DNA of 62,594 bases, counting the filler, from Perkinsus olseni (taxonomy: Eukaryota), in the NCBI GenBank assembly GCA_013115125.1. It is 3 parts of 3 records of this genome, joined end to end, with 100 filler letters (N's around TTAATTAATTAA, not from the genome) between each part and the next. Parts side by side here need not be neighbours in the genome. Positions count along the whole stretch, not along the records: positions 41,815 to 62,594 come from JABANN010000570.1; 2 more parts are not named here. One strand, given 5' to 3'. The notes under the pieces are model-generated. The model saw only the letters and a program-made list of their open reading frames with translations, did no database searches and had not been told where the DNA came from. Positions 59,512-62,594 of this stretch are shown here, piece after piece. The first letter of the stretch is position 1, and every line of letters begins with the position of its first letter. The position numbers were made by a program, and so were the translations under genes.

Positions 59512-61300
59512 ATGCTCTCTCGTGGTGGCGGTCACTTGTTTTCTCGACCGCTGTTATCTTCAGTAGCTCTTCATTGGTCTCGAGGCATCGCTCTGCCAGC
59601 GGCAGCAGCAGCCTCGCAGGGGGGCCTAGTGGACCAGTGGGCGGTGGAGGGCGACGTACCGCAACAAACTTTGAAGGACTTTGTATGCTATCTCCACTGG
59701 GGCAACTGGTATCACGTGCTGCTCAGGTATTCTCCGGGCTGGCTAAGAGGCAGGTAGAAAGTCTGTGTCCTAAGGAGTTCTCCCCGCAGAAGCAGTAGGG
59801 GTGGTGGTGGGCATCTCCTCGAGCCAGCGTGGGTTCAGATACTTTGACCAGTACTTGCCGGAGGGCAGCAAGCAAGCGTTGAAGGCTTTGGTGAGGAGGG
59901 GGTTGGGAGTGGCTAGGTGGAGATCTGCGGTGGGGGTTGTTGTGGCAGGCCAGCGAGGTCACGTCGGAGCGGATGTCTGACCCTCGGTATGTTGAGACGA
60001 TTGAAGAGTCCTTGATGGAGGCTATTAATGAAGGGAGGAAGATACGAAAGGTGAAAGTTGCGGTGAAGAAGTGGTATGGAACCTTACTAGCACTGAGTAT
60101 TAACTTTTAGAAGTTCTACAGTCGGCTGTGATCGTGATGTAGGGTGGGAGTGGTGGCGCAGTAGTAGTGCCATCATAACCGTCACCAAGGCTGGTCTGAT
60201 TCACTTCGTCGTATCAACCACGGGTCGCGGACGAGTCATGGGTTGCAAAGCTGTAGAGGAATTGATACCACTATGAGCGTTGGTGCTGCCTCTCTGTACT
60301 GTGAGACCATCATCGTGGACGGAGGGGTAGAACTTGGCAGGGGCAATCCTCCGATATCCAATGGCGATGGATACGCCTTGAGAACAGGGATCACCGCCCT
60401 TAGACAGCTTGTTTGCAGGAGTCTGGCTACGAGTTGGAAGTGGAGATTCTTGACATCCCCAAGGTCAGCATACAGCGGGTTAACCTGGTCGTTGGAGGCT
60501 CACGCCGATTGAATAAGGACTTCTTCAAGGGGAAGTGAGTGCTGGGGTATAGCAAAGCACTGCTATCTCGTTCGCCAAATTCCACCCCATCCTATAATAA
60601 AGTGCCAAAGGAGGGGTATCAGACGTTGCGTGTGGTATCAGAGCTTGAGGAGGCCTTTTGCGAATATTGAATCATGATGCTGTTGTTGCTGGTTAGGATG
60701 CTGGTGAATCCGGTATTGATGCCGCAGCTGTATGTAGTTCTGTCAGAAGATCAGCTTGAGCGGAGCGGAGGCCAATTTTCGTAGGAATACCGCAGCTGCT
60801 TCTCCTCCTCAATGCCCTTCCCCTCCTCAGTCCCTTCATGGACATCTTCAACACCACCATTGGCTGCGGAGCCGCTGTCTTGGTCGACGTTCGAGTGAGG
60901 CCGGCCTGCAGCCCCTCCCTGGCCCCTCGAGTACCCTTCCTGTCAGATGGAATGCCAGCAACGATATTGTGTGAGAGGCCTGCCTGAGGAAGCTGATGCC
61001 GCACCAGCCGAGGAGACTGCTGTTCACGAGATTAGGATGGAGATGACGCTGAATCGTTAGGGTCCACTTGAGCGCAGTCCGCATCGTGACGATTGCTTCT
61101 GTTAGCGATACCCGGCAGCGGCAGCTACCCGGTGGACGGTCGATTCACGGGAGGGCATTGGCAGGTTACTGACTTCAATCGGGTTCTTAATGTGAGCATC
61201 TGTGGGTGGTGATAGTACGGGCTAGCTTTGCTGAGGTCGAATAGGTGGTGATGTAAAGGTTGAGTGATGTGCGTAGAAGCTAGTTCGGTTTACCAATTGC
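59512..61300 (+). CDS. Multi-exon hypothetical protein with mitochondrial-presequence-like N-terminus (3' end approximate)
   Basis: MLSRGGGHLFSRPLLSSVALHWSRGIA... is R/S/L-rich and lacks acidic residues; GT/AG-bounded exons follow. Confidence 0.45.
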
Positions 61301-61902
61301 ATGCATTTGATGGAGTTTTGCTGTCGCTGATGGAGGGCCTGGAGTAGTGTTCTTAGGGTAACTTCCCCATTCCTCTGCCCCTTCTCAATCGTGAGTCCTT
61401 CGACGCGGGTACGTACAAAAGTCCGGGGGCCGGTGGAGAGAGTCGGGCGGGGAGGGAGAAGATAACTGATTGGCCTGATACTGATGAGAGCAGTAGCAGC
61501 AGCAAGCAGCGTTAAGCTGGCAACAACAGCAGCAGCAACATCTGTTCCATATTATCGTTTCACTCCTGATCGGCAGCGGCGTTTTCAATCCCGTCCACTT
61601 TTTTGGCTGGGTAGGTTGGCCTTCATACGACCTCTATCACGATCGAAAGAAGCGGTGTAGAAGAGCTCGGCTTAACTCCTGTTGTCCTCCGGAGAATTCT
61701 GTTTTCTTGTCTCCACGTCTGTGGCTGCTAGCGGGCCGCTGCTGGTTTGGTCTAGCTGTATAGCGCGACCAAGAAGAGGAGGAGGCCTGGGGCGATTGAC
61801 GTTCCCGAAAGAGAAAAAAAAGTTCTTCACGTCGCGATGCCAAAGGGAACAGCGTTGGGTTTTGCGCATGCTATGCTGTTGGCATCAGATTGTTTTACCA
61901 GC

Positions 61903-62594
61903 ATGCATCCGCTGAGTCGGCCTGGGCCAGCTCTCCTTCGCTCGGGCATTCGCGATGTCCCTGCCCTGTGTGGCCAGATCCGTCATTTCGCGGGAGTGCA
62001 GGGCACCATGGGGTCCTACGCTAAGGCCTTCCGATGGGGGTCTCAGAGAAAGAAGGGCCGATGGTAGTGCGGAGGAAAAGAAGTATAACATCGCTGGTAG
62101 TTGTTATTGCGGCGCCAGCAGCGTGCGAGTACAGTACGATGTGAGGAGGTCGACCGCTCAGCGCCCAATGCCCAAAAGTTTACGAATTAACTTTGAAAAT
62201 CCAAAAATTTTTCCGAAAATTTCTCAGTACTGGTTGCTCCTCGACCAAATAGGAGTGATTAGTATGGAAGTGCCTGACTGCGGATGTGTAGGTATTATCG
62301 ATACCACAAGCCTCTCGGTCATGGTAACTGGCAGAAGTACATTGAACGGTATGAGACGCCGAGAGAACTGGAGTCAAGGCAGAGACTGGTCTTCTCGACA
62401 CGAGCTGATTACAGGACGTAGTTGCTGCAGTGGCGTAGTAGAGCAGGAAGGGTGGGGTTAGGTACAAGCAGGCCATCAGTTGGCAATGGAAGCTCCCAAA
62501 GGCGATAGCAGAGGCCACTACGGTTGATGAGGTACCTCCGTCACGGGGTAGGGGCTGAGGCTGGGTCTTGGGAAATCGCCAGGTCCTGGATGCG
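61903..62594 (+). CDS. Probable mitochondrial protein, 5' part (runs off window)
   Basis: Spliced reading MHPLSRPGPALLRS...QIRHFAG...RKKGRW|YYRYHKPLGHGNWQKYIERYETPRE...DYRT|YKQAISWQWKLPK, with a presequence-like start. Confidence 0.5.

Noticed and set aside
62132-62232. CAGTAC...GTACTG inverted ends around an AT-rich intron segment
   Set aside because: Only 6 bp of inverted repeat and no TSD.

Overview
Eukaryotic, gene-dense genomic DNA with many ~50-bp GT-AG introns. It is inferred to be from Perkinsus (Perkinsozoa, an alveolate parasite), based on a near-perfect Perkinsus spliced-leader exon at 59371-59392 and the intron style. The window joins three contigs with N-gaps carrying an artificial TTAATTAATTAA spacer. 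Recognisable genes are nucleolin (GK repeats instead of RGG), an ABC1/ADCK kinase, cytosolic IleRS (~30 introns), a very large helical protein, two tandem malate dehydrogenases (one 3'-truncated), an 86-aa secreted Cys-rich peptide, a SIZ/PIAS SUMO ligase, two ankyrin-repeat genes, three tandem NIPA-family transporters, AMT1, an NSUN methyltransferase, an alpha/beta hydrolase, an RBM26/27-like protein and a PRMT9-like protein. Three mobile elements are defined by target-site duplications (TSDs): an internally deleted LTR retrotransposon (TSD GAGTG), a Mutator-like MITE (10-bp TSD) and a hAT MITE (8-bp TSD). The most striking signal is a solitary spliced-leader exon followed by a GT donor, 88 nt upstream of a protein gene's splice acceptor. 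All spliced gene models were assembled by eye and are approximate.
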